This document shows positions 1-9,157 of a DNA stretch of 64,000 nt, one piece after another. Position 1 is the stretch's first letter; the number at the start of each line of letters is the position of its first letter. Source of the stretch: Oscillospiraceae bacterium (lineage in GTDB: Bacteria; Bacillota; Clostridia; Oscillospirales; Oscillospiraceae); assembly GCA_020025295.1 (NCBI GenBank), contig JAHHSJ010000005.1, forward strand, positions 5,538 through 69,537. Direction: 5' to 3'. Below the pieces are notes generated by a model. The model saw only the letters and a program-made list of their open reading frames with translations, had not been told where the DNA came from and did no database searches. The translations under genes were made by a program, and so were the position numbers.

Positions 1-1146
1 CATCAGCCGCACCCGAATCTGCTGCAGCTGCCGATTCCAGACCAGACAGAGCGTGGGGTCTTCTTCCTCCAGCTCCTTCAGCTTGGCAAAGGTGGTTTGA
101 GGGTCGCTGCCCTCGGGCAATAGAATTTGATAAGTCAGCACGCTTTCCAGTGTGGGCAACGGAGCGTCCGGCTGTATACCAAGCCCCTGCCCAGCAAAGG
201 TGCGGGTCAGGCCGGTCACGGCGCAGATACTTCCGGCTTCTGCCAAATCGCAGGTTTTGTATTTTTCACCGGAGTAGATGCGGATTTGGTCTGCTTTTTC
301 TGACCAGACCTCGCTCTCTTCCATGTCCGGCTTGCGGTTGGAAAGCATGGTTTTGGGTTTCAGGCTGCCGCCGGTAAGTTTCATCCAAGTCAGCCGATTG
401 CCCTGCCCATCCCGGGAGATTTTGTAGACCTGAGCGCCGAACTCTGAGGGGTACCGGGGCAGCAGGGTGTATTCGTCCAGTGCGTCCAGAAAGGCGTCAA
501 TACCCTCCAGCTTGAGGGCGGAGCCGAAGTAGCAGGGGAACAGCTGGCGGCGGTAGATGGCTTCCGCCACCGTGGGGGTGGTGAAGGAGCCTTGCTCCAG
601 ATATTCTGTCATCAGAGCTTCGGAGCAGGTGGCGATTTCCTCCAGTGTGTCAGCATCTCCGGAACCAAAGGCCACACAGCCCTCGTCCAGCTGGCTGCGC
701 AGCTGCTCCATCAGAGCCGCCCGGTTCGTGCCGGGGAGGTCCATCTTGTTGATAAAGAGGAAGGTGGGGATTTTGTGGTCCTTCAGCAGCCGCCACAGGG
801 TTTCCGTGTGGGCCTGCACTCCGTCGGTGCCGCTGATAACCAGAATGGCGTAATCCAGCACTTGCAGCGTGCGTTCCATTTCCGAGGAAAAATCCATATG
901 ACCGGGAGTGTCCATCAGCACCAGATTGCGGTGCTTGAGGGGGAGCACTGCCTGCTTGGAAAAGATGGTGATGCCTCGGTCCCGTTCGATGGAATCGGTG
1001 TCCAGAAAGGCATCCTTGTGATCCACACGCCCTATTTTTTTAATGGTGCCGCTGCGATACAGCATCCCCTCCGACAGGGAGGTTTTGCCGGCGTCCACAT
1101 GAGCCAGCAGCCCCACGCTCAGCGGTGTCGTTTGTTTGTCATTCAT
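1..1146 (-). CDS. TetM/TetO-family translational GTPase (EF-G paralogue), N-terminal 382 codons; the C-terminus lies beyond the left window edge
   Basis: My own minus-strand translation from the ATG at 1144-1146, with GGAGG about 7 nt upstream, gives MNDKQTTPLSVGLLAHVDAGKTSLSEGMLY...LMDTPGHMDF...FINKMD. These are the G1/G3/G4 motifs in Tet(M)/EF-G order. The frame is open to position 1. The gene is absent from the ORF track because it runs off the edge. Confidence 0.85.
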   Translation of the reverse strand, partial: MNDKQTTPLSVGLLAHVDAGKTSLSEGMLYRSGTIKKIGRVDHKDAFLDTDSIERDRGITIFSKQAVLPLKHRNLVLMDTPGHMDFSSEMERTLQVLDYAILVISGTDGVQAHTETLWRLLKDHKIPTFLFINKMDLPGTNRAALMEQLRSQLDEGCVAFGSGDADTLEEIATCSEALMTEYLEQGSFTTPTVAEAIYRRQLFPCYFGSALKLEGIDAFLDALDEYTLLPRYPSEFGAQVYKISRDGQGNRLTWMKLTGGSLKPKTMLSNRKPDMEESEVWSEKADQIRIYSGEKYKTCDLAEAGSICAVTGLTRTFAGQGLGIQPDAPLPTLESVLTYQILLPEGSDPQTTFAKLKELEEEDPTLCLVWNRQLQQIRVRLM

Positions 1147-1283
1147 AAAAAGGAGTGTCCTCCTGAAAGAAACTGATTTTCATCCAGTATAGCACACAAC
1201 CGGGGAAAAAGTCGATAACCGAGGGAAATCTGGCGCTGTGGAATACATAGGACAGGGGCAGGGAAGAAGGTAAATTCTCCGGA

Positions 1284-1311
1284 AAAAGAAAAAACCGCCC
1301 ACAGGGCGGCA
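1284..1311 (-). terminator. Intrinsic terminator (GC hairpin CCGCCC-ACAG-GGGCGG followed by a U-tract on the minus strand)
   Basis: The plus strand reads aaaaaaaaccgcccacagggcgg. Read on the minus strand this is a stem-loop followed by TTTTTT. Confidence 0.6.
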
Positions 1312-1326
1312 AACAGGATACAAATA

Positions 1327-1357
1327 ACCCCCATCCGATTCCTCTTCGGATGGGGGT
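1327..1357 (-). terminator. Stem-loop (12-bp stem ACCCCCATCCGA / TCGGATGGGGGT), terminator-like on the minus strand
   Basis: A perfect inverted repeat is seen in the sequence. On the minus strand it is followed by TTATTTG, which is a weak U-tract. Confidence 0.45.
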
Positions 1358-1431
1358 TACTGCTGTTCATTCTTGGTATCTAACATCAATTGTTTACCTC
1401 TCTTTCTACAGATTTGCAAACTCAGATCTCG

Positions 1432-1545
1432 CTAGCCACGATTCCTTCTTCGGTGCGCTCTGCATTCCCGATTGCGCTCCTTGCGTGTGCTGTACTCACA
1501 GCTGGGACGGTCATCGATTGGATGCGACATGGATTCGATTTGCAT
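1432..1545 (-). CDS. Possible small basic protein (37 aa, MQIESMSHPIDDRPSCEYSTRKERNRECRAHRRRNRG)
   Basis: The ATG is preceded by AAGGAG at 11 nt, and two terminators follow. The ORF is below the ORF-track size cut-off. I recognise no homology. Confidence 0.2.
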   Translation of the reverse strand: MQIESMSHPIDDRPSCEYSTRKERNRECRAHRRRNRG

Positions 1546-1732
1546 GAAGGTTTGAACTCCTTAGTACATTGGACTCATTCCTTTCTGTAACTGTATATTA
1601 GCACTATTGCAAAGAGATGTCAACTGATTTGTGAAAAAATTTGTGCAAAATAGGGATAACTTTCTCCTCTGCTTGCCTAATTTGAGGGGATGGCTATAAT
1701 ACAAGATAGAACACCGAGAAGGGGGGACGATT

Positions 1733-2428
1733 ATGGCAGAAACCTTGAATATGAATATTATCGCCCGGATCGACACGGACTTTCCCACCAAATTCGGCAT
1801 ACCACGCCAGAGCGGAGTGGTGGAGCAGTTAGAGGGCAGGATCGTGTTTGCGCCGGAGTATCGCAATCCGGATGCACTGCGGGGCATAGAAGGATTTTCT
1901 CATCTTTGGCTGGTGTGGCAGTTTTCGGAGGCGGTGCGGGAGCACTGGTCTCCTACGGTGCGGCCACCTCGCTTGGGAGGCAACACCCGGGTGGGCGTTT
2001 TTGCCACCCGATCTCCGTTCCGTCCCAATGCCATCGGTCTGAGTTGTGTAAAACTGGAGCGAGTGGACCTCCATACCCCGGACGGCCCTGTGCTGTATGT
2101 GTCCGGCGTGGATTTGATGGATAGTACGCCTATTTTGGACATCAAGCCCTACATCCCCTATGCGGACAGCCACCCGGAGGCTAAGGAAGGCTTCACCTCC
2201 CGAAACTGGGAGCGGGCGCTGAAGGTGGAGTTCCCGGAACCGTTTTTGGAGCAGATTCCGGAGAACAAGCGTGATGCGCTGATCGGCGTGCTGGAAAATG
2301 ACCCCCGCCCCTCCTACCAGAAGGACCCGGAGCGGGTCTACGGATTGCCCTTCGGCGGAGCAGAGGTGAAATTCACCGTGTCCGATGCCGATGGTGTGCT
2401 TACTGTGGTTGGCATAGAAATGGAATAA
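1733..2428 (+). CDS. trmO: tRNA (N6-threonylcarbamoyladenosine37-N6)-methyltransferase TrmO (YaeB/TsaA family)
   Basis: The 231-aa ORF contains FPTKFGIPRQSG...GFSHLWLVWQF...GVFATRSPFRPNAIGLS...GVDLMDSTPILDIKPY, the typical YaeB-like fold signature. AAGGGGGG precedes the ATG, and a TTGCCT-16-TATAAT promoter lies at 1673-1700. Confidence 0.85.
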   Translation: MAETLNMNIIARIDTDFPTKFGIPRQSGVVEQLEGRIVFAPEYRNPDALRGIEGFSHLWLVWQFSEAVREHWSPTVRPPRLGGNTRVGVFATRSPFRPNAIGLSCVKLERVDLHTPDGPVLYVSGVDLMDSTPILDIKPYIPYADSHPEAKEGFTSRNWERALKVEFPEPFLEQIPENKRDALIGVLENDPRPSYQKDPERVYGLPFGGAEVKFTVSDADGVLTVVGIEME

Positions 2429-2484
2429 AAAAGACCGGCTTTGAAGTTGCTTCAAAGCCGGTCTTTTGTTTCTTTGTAGAATGA

Positions 2485-3807
2485 TTAGTTGTCGTTCTGT
2501 GCTTCGTCTTTGGGCAGGATGGAGATGCGGGTTTCCTCCACACGGCGGTCACAGACCCGGAGCACTTCAATGTGCAGCCCGTCCACATCCACGGTGAACT
2601 GGGAGCCGTCTCTGGGGATTTCTTCGGTTTCACTGAGAATCAGACCGCTGAGAGTGTTGTAGTTTTCCCGTTCAGAAAGCACCACATCCAGCGCCTTTTC
2701 CACATCCTTCAGCTCAGCACGACCGCTGATGAGCCAAGTGCCGTCTCCGTTGGGGATGATGTAGTCTTCGCTTTCGTCGTACTCATCGTAGATGTTGCCC
2801 ACGATTTCTTCAATCAAATCTTCCAGAGTGATGATGCCCAGGAAGGCGCCGTATTCATCCGTGACCACGGCAAAGTGGATGCGCTCTTTTTGCATCCGGC
2901 GGAACAGATCGTCACAGATGACGGTGTCCGGCACATAGATGGGCTCCTTCAGAAGCTCCCGCACGGGAGTATCCTGATTGAGGAAGAAGTCCTTCACATA
3001 GAGCAGACCGATGATGTTGTCCGGATCGTTTTCGTAAACCGGGAAACGGGAGTATCCGGATTCCCGAATCAGCTCGGTAATTTTTTCCCGACTGTCCTGA
3101 ATATCAATGGTTTCCACATCCACCCGGTGGGTCATTACATCGTAGCCCTGAATGTTGTTGAACTCGAAGATGTTGTCGATCATCTCGCCCTCGGTGGATT
3201 CAATCAGGCCTTCCTCCTCGCTTTCGTCCAGCATCATACGGATCTCGTCCTCGGTGGCATTATCACTGATCTCCATGTTGCGGATGCCGAAGATACGCAG
3301 CAGCAGGGAAGAGCAGACGGTGGTCAGCCACAGCAGAGGCAGTAGCAGAAAGGTGAGCGCTTTGGCAGCGGGGATCACCAGATTTGCCACGGGAAAGGGC
3401 TTCTCCATTGCGATGCGCTTGGGGATCATAACGCCCAGACTGAGGGTGAAAAAGCAGAGAATCAGAGAAACCAGAATCAGGGCAATGGTGTTGAGAGGCT
3501 CAAGACCAAGGGAATGCAGCGCAGCGATGCCGGAGAGCTGTTTCACCAGCCGGGGCGCCAGATTGACCGCGGCAAAAGCGCCGGCCAGAAAGGCAGCAAA
3601 GAGGGAGAGCATCTCCACGGAGGACAGGAACCGGTCCGGTTCATCTGCCAGAGCAGACAGAGCGGCGGCGTGCTGATCGCCGTTCTCCGCGTCCGACTTG
3701 AGCTGGGCAGCGTTGAGGGACACCAGAGACTTTTCAGCGGCGGACAAAATAGCCGCAACGAGAATCAACAGGAACTGCAGGATTAGTTGCCATATGAGGG
3801 GGTTCAT
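2485..3807 (-). CDS. CNNM/CorC-HlyC family membrane protein (DUF21 + CBS pair + CorC_HlyC transporter-associated domain)
   Basis: The 440-aa ORF has N-terminal TM helices, a central CBS-type region and a C-terminal ...DGTWLISGRAELKDVEKAL... domain. A TTGAAA-17-TATAAT promoter lies upstream on the minus strand. Confidence 0.8.
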   Translation of the reverse strand: MNPLIWQLILQFLLILVAAILSAAEKSLVSLNAAQLKSDAENGDQHAAALSALADEPDRFLSSVEMLSLFAAFLAGAFAAVNLAPRLVKQLSGIAALHSLGLEPLNTIALILVSLILCFFTLSLGVMIPKRIAMEKPFPVANLVIPAAKALTFLLLPLLWLTTVCSSLLLRIFGIRNMEISDNATEDEIRMMLDESEEEGLIESTEGEMIDNIFEFNNIQGYDVMTHRVDVETIDIQDSREKITELIRESGYSRFPVYENDPDNIIGLLYVKDFFLNQDTPVRELLKEPIYVPDTVICDDLFRRMQKERIHFAVVTDEYGAFLGIITLEDLIEEIVGNIYDEYDESEDYIIPNGDGTWLISGRAELKDVEKALDVVLSERENYNTLSGLILSETEEIPRDGSQFTVDVDGLHIEVLRVCDRRVEETRISILPKDEAQNDN

Positions 3808-3941
3808 AGCTTTCAGACTCCTTTATAAATTGCTAAAAATTATACCACACTGCACCTGTGATTTCAACGAAATAGAAGCAATTTAGATCGCAAAAGCGAA
3901 GAAAAACAAAAACCGTCTGCCAAAAGCGGCAGACGGTGGTG

Positions 3942-4343
3942 TTACTGATCCGATTCGGAGGCGTGCTCCTGTAAATATCTCTTAAAGCACTGGAAGGTTT
4001 CTTCACTGATGTCATGTTCGATCTTGCAGGCGTCTGCCTGAGCAACGGCATCGCTGACGCCCAAGGAACGGAAGAACTTGGTGAGCAGGCAATGGCGCTG
4101 ATAGATGGTAGAGGCCAATTCGTAACCCTTTTCAGTGAAATCCAACAGACCGCTGGCATCGGTAGTAATCATACCGTTGTCACGCAGCTGCCCCATGGCC
4201 ACACTGACGCTGGGTTTACTGACATTGAGGTGATGGGCGACATCAATGGAACGACAGAAACCTTTCTCCTGACGAATCATGAGGATTGCTTCCAGATAAT
4301 CTTCGCCGGACTTATGGACAGCCAAATAAAGGCCCCCTTTCAT
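3942..4343 (-). CDS. DtxR/MntR-family metal-dependent transcriptional regulator
   Basis: I trimmed the ORF to the MKGGLYLAVHKSGEDYLEAILMIRQEKG... start. It shows the HTH and metal-site pattern of DtxR/MntR (SKPSVSVAM...HCLLTKFF). A terminator hairpin at 3911-3937 lies downstream. Confidence 0.75.
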   Translation of the reverse strand: MKGGLYLAVHKSGEDYLEAILMIRQEKGFCRSIDVAHHLNVSKPSVSVAMGQLRDNGMITTDASGLLDFTEKGYELASTIYQRHCLLTKFFRSLGVSDAVAQADACKIEHDISEETFQCFKRYLQEHASESDQ

Positions 4344-4456
4344 ACAAGATAAATTCAGTATATCATAGCACGGGAAAAGGGACAAGGGGAAAGTGAAAAT
4401 CTTGCCAAAAGTGCCCATGGATGGTAAAATATCAGCCGTGAAACGGGGGAAACCAT

Positions 4457-5017
4457 ATGAAGAAATTGGCAATTTTTGATTTGGACGGGACGCTTTTTGA
4501 TACGGTTCGGGTGAATTATCTGGCCTATCAGGAGGCGCTGCGTCCCTTTGGATATGAGATCAGCGAGGTATTTTTCCGCAGGGAGTGTTTCGGACATGAT
4601 TTCGGCACATTTGGTCCGTGGCTGGCTCCGGGTCTGAATGAAGCGGGACTGCGGCAGGTCCACGAGGCAAAGAAAGCGTGTTACCCGTCCTTCCTCGGAG
4701 AAGCGGTAAAGAACGAGCATCTGTTCTCCCTGCTCCATCGGATGCGGGAGGAATATCATACCGCATTGGTGACCGCTGGCTCCCGGGCCAACAGCAGTGC
4801 CATTCTGGAGCGGTTTGGTGAGCTGAATTCCTTTGATTTGATGCTGACCAGCGAGGATGTACCTCGGGCCAAGCCCGACCCAGTGGGCTTCCGGATGGCG
4901 ATGGAGCATTTTGGCGTGTCCCCGGAGGATACAATCATTTTTGAAGATTCGGATACCGGTATCGCAGCAGCCAAGGCCAGCAAAGCGCACCTGATGATTG
5001 TGGACGGATTCCATTGA
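4457..5017 (+). CDS. HAD-superfamily hydrolase (phosphatase / beta-phosphoglucomutase-like)
   Basis: MKKLAIFDLDGTLFDT is HAD motif I (DxDGT), and the C-terminal FEDSDTGIAAAKA is motif IV. Confidence 0.8.
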   Translation: MKKLAIFDLDGTLFDTVRVNYLAYQEALRPFGYEISEVFFRRECFGHDFGTFGPWLAPGLNEAGLRQVHEAKKACYPSFLGEAVKNEHLFSLLHRMREEYHTALVTAGSRANSSAILERFGELNSFDLMLTSEDVPRAKPDPVGFRMAMEHFGVSPEDTIIFEDSDTGIAAAKASKAHLMIVDGFH

Positions 5018-5071
5018 GAAAAGAAAAGCAGCGGCAGAGAGGTTCTCTGCCGCTGTGGTTGTCTTATTGAG

Positions 5072-5902
5072 TTATTGGGCAAGCTGTCCCAGAAATTCCT
5101 CAAAACAGATGCCGTCGGTGCGGGGAATGTCCAGCTCCATGGTGCGCTTCAGCGCATCGGCAATGAAGTTGGCGGCTTTGGTGACTGCATTGGGGAGGGT
5201 GGCGCCGTTGACCAGATCGGCAATGAGGATGGAGGAGAACACATCTCCGGTGCCGCTGCGGCAAAGGCCCACCTTGCGGACCTGAAGCAGCTGATGGACG
5301 CCGTTTCGCTCATAGATGTAGTTGCCCAGCGTGTCCCCGAAGTCCAGACCGGAGATGACCACCTGTTCCGGGCCCATGTCGGACAATTGCCGGCACATAT
5401 CCAGCAGGGTGTCCTCGTCGGTCACACTGCGGTAGGGGGTGTCGGTGAGCACACAGGCCTCCGTCAGGTTGGGGGTGAGGAGGTGGGCATGCTTCACCAG
5501 TCGCTTCATGCTCTGAGCCAGCTCCGTGGTGTAGGTGGGGTAAAGGGAACCATTGTCTCCCATCACCGGGTCCACCAGCACCAGATTGTCCCCGGTGCCG
5601 AAGCGCTGTAAAAACCGTTCGACGATTTCGATTTGCTCCACCGAACCGAGGAAGCCGGTGGCAATGCCTTCAAAGCGCAGCCCCAGATGCGCCCATTCGT
5701 CGGCATAGTGCTGCATGTGCTCCGTGCAGTCCGACCAGTAGAAACGGTCAAACCCGGTGTGGTTGGAGAAGATTGCAGTGGGCAGGGGACAGCACTGAAT
5801 CTTCATGGCGGAAATAATGGGCAGCGCCACGGCGATGGAGCATCGGCCGAAGCCGCAGAAGTCGTTGATAACGGCGATTTTCTTTTGATGGTTGTGATCC
5901 AT
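5072..5902 (-). CDS. pdxK: Pyridoxal/pyridoxamine kinase (ribokinase superfamily)
   Basis: The 276-aa ORF begins KKIAVINDFCGFGRCSIAVALPIISAMKIQCCPLPTAIFSNHTGF and contains ...GTGDVFSS, matching the PdxK/PdxY-type layout. Confidence 0.75.
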   Translation of the reverse strand: MDHNHQKKIAVINDFCGFGRCSIAVALPIISAMKIQCCPLPTAIFSNHTGFDRFYWSDCTEHMQHYADEWAHLGLRFEGIATGFLGSVEQIEIVERFLQRFGTGDNLVLVDPVMGDNGSLYPTYTTELAQSMKRLVKHAHLLTPNLTEACVLTDTPYRSVTDEDTLLDMCRQLSDMGPEQVVISGLDFGDTLGNYIYERNGVHQLLQVRKVGLCRSGTGDVFSSILIADLVNGATLPNAVTKAANFIADALKRTMELDIPRTDGICFEEFLGQLAQ

Positions 5903-6068
5903 AGTAAACCGGCTTTCTAAATAAGATCAGGAAACAAATTCACCCTGCTATGATACTCCGGAACGGCAAAAAGGGGAAGTGTCAATTTGGAAATAATGGA
6001 GGAGACCAGGTGGAACGATTGCAATTCAGGTGAAAATTTGATAGAGTAAACTGAGTTCTTAGGAGAGG

Positions 6069-8153
6069 TTGATTCATTTGGCGAAGAAAGAAAAAATCAA
6101 ACAGTTTTTGCCGGTTACACGGCAGGATATGCTGGACCGGGACTGGTACTGGTATGATTTTCTGATGATTACCGCAGATGCCTATGTGGATCACCCCTCA
6201 TTTGGTGCGTCCGTGATCTCCCGTACGCTGGAGGATGCCGGCTATCGTGTCTGCGTGCTGGCTCAGCCGAACTGGCGCACTACGGAGGATTTTATGCAGT
6301 TCGGCAAGCCCCGTCTGGGCGTGATGATTTCCGGCGGAAATCTGGACTCCATGGTGGCCCATTATACCAGTGCCAAAAAGCACCGCAGTGAGGACCTCTA
6401 TTCCCCCGGACGGCGGATGGGACTGCGCCCGGACCGAGCCACGGTGGTCTATTCCAATAAAGTTCGAGAGGCCTACGGAGACATTCCGATTGTCATCGGC
6501 GGTCTGGAGGCATCGCTGCGCCGGTTTGCCCACTACGACTATTGGGATGATAAGGTGCGCCGCAGCGTCATTTTTGACGCTCAGGCAGACCTGCTGATCT
6601 ACGGCATGGGCGAGTATGCCACACTGGAGATTGCCAAGGCCCTGAAGAAGGGCAAAAAGCCCTCCGAAATTACCGATGTGAAGGGTACCGCATTTGTGGC
6701 GAAGGGACCGGAGGAGTGCTGCTTCCCCTCTGTGGAGGTACCGGACTTCCAAACGGTCAAAACGGATAAAATGGCCTATGCCAAAGCCAATATGGTGGAG
6801 TATCAGGAGCATGACCCGGTGGTGGGCAAAGCGATTCTCCAGTGGCATGAGGATCGGCTGCTGGTGGTCAATCCTCCGGCGATGCCGCTCACGACCCCGG
6901 AGCTGGACCATGTGGCGGAGCTGCCCTATATGCGTCTGCCCCACCCCATGTATGATTCGATGGGCGGCGTGCCTGCCATTGAGGAGGTTCGCTTCTCTGT
7001 CACCCATAACCGGGGCTGTATCGGCGCCTGTTCCTTCTGCGCCATTGCCTTCCATCAGGGACGCATGATTACCTGCCGCAGTCAGGAGAGTGTCATCCGT
7101 GAGGTGGAGGAGCTGACCAAGCTGCCGGATTTCAAAGGCTATATCCACGATGTGGGCGGTCCCACGGCCAACTTCCGCCATCCCTCCTGCCAGAAGCAGC
7201 TCAAGTGCGGTATGTGCAAAAACCGCAACTGCCTTGCGCCGGAGCCTTGTCCCAATCTGGACGCCGACCATTCCGATTACCTCCGGCTGCTGCGTCGTCT
7301 GCGGAAAATCGACGGTGTGAAGAAGGTGTTCGTCCGTTCCGGTATCCGATTTGACTATATGCTGGAGGATAAGAACGACGATTTCTTCCGGGAGCTGGTG
7401 AAATACCATGTCAGCGGTCAGCTGAAGGTGGCCCCGGAGCATTGCATCGACTCCGTTCTGGACTATATGGGCAAGCCCCACATCGAGGTCTATGAGCGGT
7501 TCCAGAAAAAGTATCAGCAGCTGAATGAGAATGCGGGTAAGCAGCAGTTTTTGGTGCCTTACCTGATGAGCTCCCATCCCGGCTCCACGCTGGAGGATGC
7601 GGTGGCCTTGGCGGAGTACCTCAATAAGCTGCACCGCCAGCCGGAGCAGGTGCAGGACTTCTATCCTGTCCCGGGCACGCTGTCCACCTGCATGTACTAT
7701 ACCGGCATTGATCCCCGCACCATGAAACCGGTCTATGTGGCAAAGACGCCCCATGAGAAGGCACTGCAGCGGGCGCTGCTCCAGTGGAAACGCCCGGAAA
7801 AGCACGCCCTCGTGATGGAGGCGCTGAAAAAGGCCGGCCGCACCGATCTGATCGGCTACGGTCCGGAATGTTTGATTCGTCCCAAACCCGGACCGGCCCC
7901 TTGGGAAGTGGAACGGGAGGAGCGCCGCAAGGCCAAGGAAGAGGGCAGACCCTACCATTCCAAGACTAAGCGGGAAGGCTGGCACGGCAAGCCTTCTGAG
8001 CACCACGGGAAGTCCGGACACGGTTCGGGCAAGACGGAGGAGCGCCGGGGCAAATCGGACAGCCGCCGCAGCGGCGGTGACCGCCCCCAGAGCAAGCGCG
8101 CGGGAGAGCGCACTCGCAGCCATAGCTCCGGTCGGGGCAAGGGCAGACGCTGA
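6069..8153 (+). CDS. ygiQ: YgiQ-family radical SAM protein (UPF0313) with a basic low-complexity C-terminal tail
   Basis: The 694-aa ORF has the cluster motif GCIGACSFCAIAFHQG (CxxxCxxC) and YgiQ-type N- and C-terminal domains. Both start candidates are TTG, at 6069 and 6078. The AGGAGAGG at 6061-6068 fits the 6078 start better. Confidence 0.85.
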   Translation: MIHLAKKEKIKQFLPVTRQDMLDRDWYWYDFLMITADAYVDHPSFGASVISRTLEDAGYRVCVLAQPNWRTTEDFMQFGKPRLGVMISGGNLDSMVAHYTSAKKHRSEDLYSPGRRMGLRPDRATVVYSNKVREAYGDIPIVIGGLEASLRRFAHYDYWDDKVRRSVIFDAQADLLIYGMGEYATLEIAKALKKGKKPSEITDVKGTAFVAKGPEECCFPSVEVPDFQTVKTDKMAYAKANMVEYQEHDPVVGKAILQWHEDRLLVVNPPAMPLTTPELDHVAELPYMRLPHPMYDSMGGVPAIEEVRFSVTHNRGCIGACSFCAIAFHQGRMITCRSQESVIREVEELTKLPDFKGYIHDVGGPTANFRHPSCQKQLKCGMCKNRNCLAPEPCPNLDADHSDYLRLLRRLRKIDGVKKVFVRSGIRFDYMLEDKNDDFFRELVKYHVSGQLKVAPEHCIDSVLDYMGKPHIEVYERFQKKYQQLNENAGKQQFLVPYLMSSHPGSTLEDAVALAEYLNKLHRQPEQVQDFYPVPGTLSTCMYYTGIDPRTMKPVYVAKTPHEKALQRALLQWKRPEKHALVMEALKKAGRTDLIGYGPECLIRPKPGPAPWEVEREERRKAKEEGRPYHSKTKREGWHGKPSEHHGKSGHGSGKTEERRGKSDSRRSGGDRPQSKRAGERTRSHSSGRGKGRR

Positions 8154-8186
8154 CCCTTCCAAGCAGAATTTTACCATGAGAAACGG

Positions 8187-8229
8187 CACACCCGGAGACA
8201 TTTTATGTCTCCGGGTGTTTTGCTTTTTG
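8187..8229 (+). terminator. Intrinsic terminator after ygiQ
   Basis: The hairpin ACACCCGGAGACA-tttta-TGTCTCCGGGTGT is followed by a T-rich run. Confidence 0.8.
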
Positions 8230-8525
8230 AGGGCCATTACACAAATTCTGTCAGAAAGCTTGGCAAATTGGGAGAAAAATGTTATAATTAACTCAGTAAT
8301 TTGCGTTTGTCGACCGAAAACGCAGAAGGATGACTGGTAAATAATAGGAATTTACTTTACATAATACGGTAGTTCAGCAATACGGCACCTCACAAGAAGA
8401 AAAAGTACAGTATTTGGATTGCGTAGGAATTTGGGAATACCACTCGTTTGCGGGCAAATGAGCAGGATTCTGATGATAGATAGATTGTGATTGTTATGGT
8501 ATGGATGTAGAGAGGAGCACAAAAA

Positions 8526-9065
8526 ATGTTTCAAGTCGGAGAAACTGTCGTTTATGGAACTACCGGAGTATGTACGATTTCGTCCATTGGACCGCTGTCA
8601 ATGCACGGCGTTGATCGTCATCGCCTTTATTATACGCTGGAGCCGCTGCATCAGGAGGGTGCCGTCTATATTCCCGTGGAGGGAGAGCACCATAAGGCCA
8701 TGCGCTATCCGTTGACGCAGGAGGAGGCGGAGCAGTTTGTGCTGCGGTTGTCCGAGATTCCTGCCTGTGATATTGAGGGACTGAACTTTAAGCAGCGCAC
8801 GGATGCGTTTACCAATGCTCTGCAGCAGACGGACTGCGAGGAGCTGCTGGGTGTCATCAAGGCGGTGGCAAAGAAAAAGCGCTTCCGCCGGGAGAAGCAG
8901 CAGTATAATGTGGACTATAACTTCTATAAAAAGGCCATGAAGCTCCTGTGCATGGAGCTTGGCTATGTGCTGCATAAGTCGGAGGACTCCGTGCGCAAGC
9001 TGATTGAGGCGTGCTTGAACCAGACCGCAGAGGCGGAGAAGAAAACAGAACCGGTGGAGGAATAA
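8526..9065 (+). CDS. CarD/CdnL-family RNA-polymerase-binding transcriptional regulator-like protein
   Basis: The N-terminal MFQVGETVVYGTTGVCTISSIG...YYTLEPL matches the CarD_CdnL_TRCF domain pattern. Confidence 0.7.
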   Translation: MFQVGETVVYGTTGVCTISSIGPLSMHGVDRHRLYYTLEPLHQEGAVYIPVEGEHHKAMRYPLTQEEAEQFVLRLSEIPACDIEGLNFKQRTDAFTNALQQTDCEELLGVIKAVAKKKRFRREKQQYNVDYNFYKKAMKLLCMELGYVLHKSEDSVRKLIEACLNQTAEAEKKTEPVEE

Positions 9066-9110
9066 AGTTCCCCAAGGGCTGTGGAAAACCGGACAGTAAA
9101 ATTAAAATCA

Positions 9111-9157
9111 AACCCCGAAGGGCATCCGCAGATGCGCTTCGGGGTTGTTTGTTTTTG
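9111..9157. terminator. Bidirectional terminator between the carD-like gene (+) and the MFS gene (-)
   Basis: The hairpin AACCCCGAAG...CTTCGGGGTT has A-runs upstream and T-runs downstream. Confidence 0.7.

Noticed and set aside
6198-8237. A 679-aa minus-strand ORF opposite ygiQ. Similar long shadow ORFs occur at 14457..16229, 21757..23424, 24488..26248, 28552..30642, 33359..35281, 36130..37245 and 47784..49892.
   Set aside because: Each lies antisense to a gene with unambiguous motifs (radical SAM, Na/Pi transporter, ABC components, P-type ATPase, atpA, atpD, acyl-CoA synthetase). Long stop-free antisense frames are expected in GC-rich genes with strong third-position bias, and none of these shows recognisable domains.
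8230-8525. A ~300-bp AT-rich non-coding stretch upstream of the carD-like gene, considered as a possible sRNA or riboswitch.
   Set aside because: I could find no conserved riboswitch core, no convincing hairpin/terminator pair and no RBS-preceded small ORF. It is most simply a promoter/UP region.
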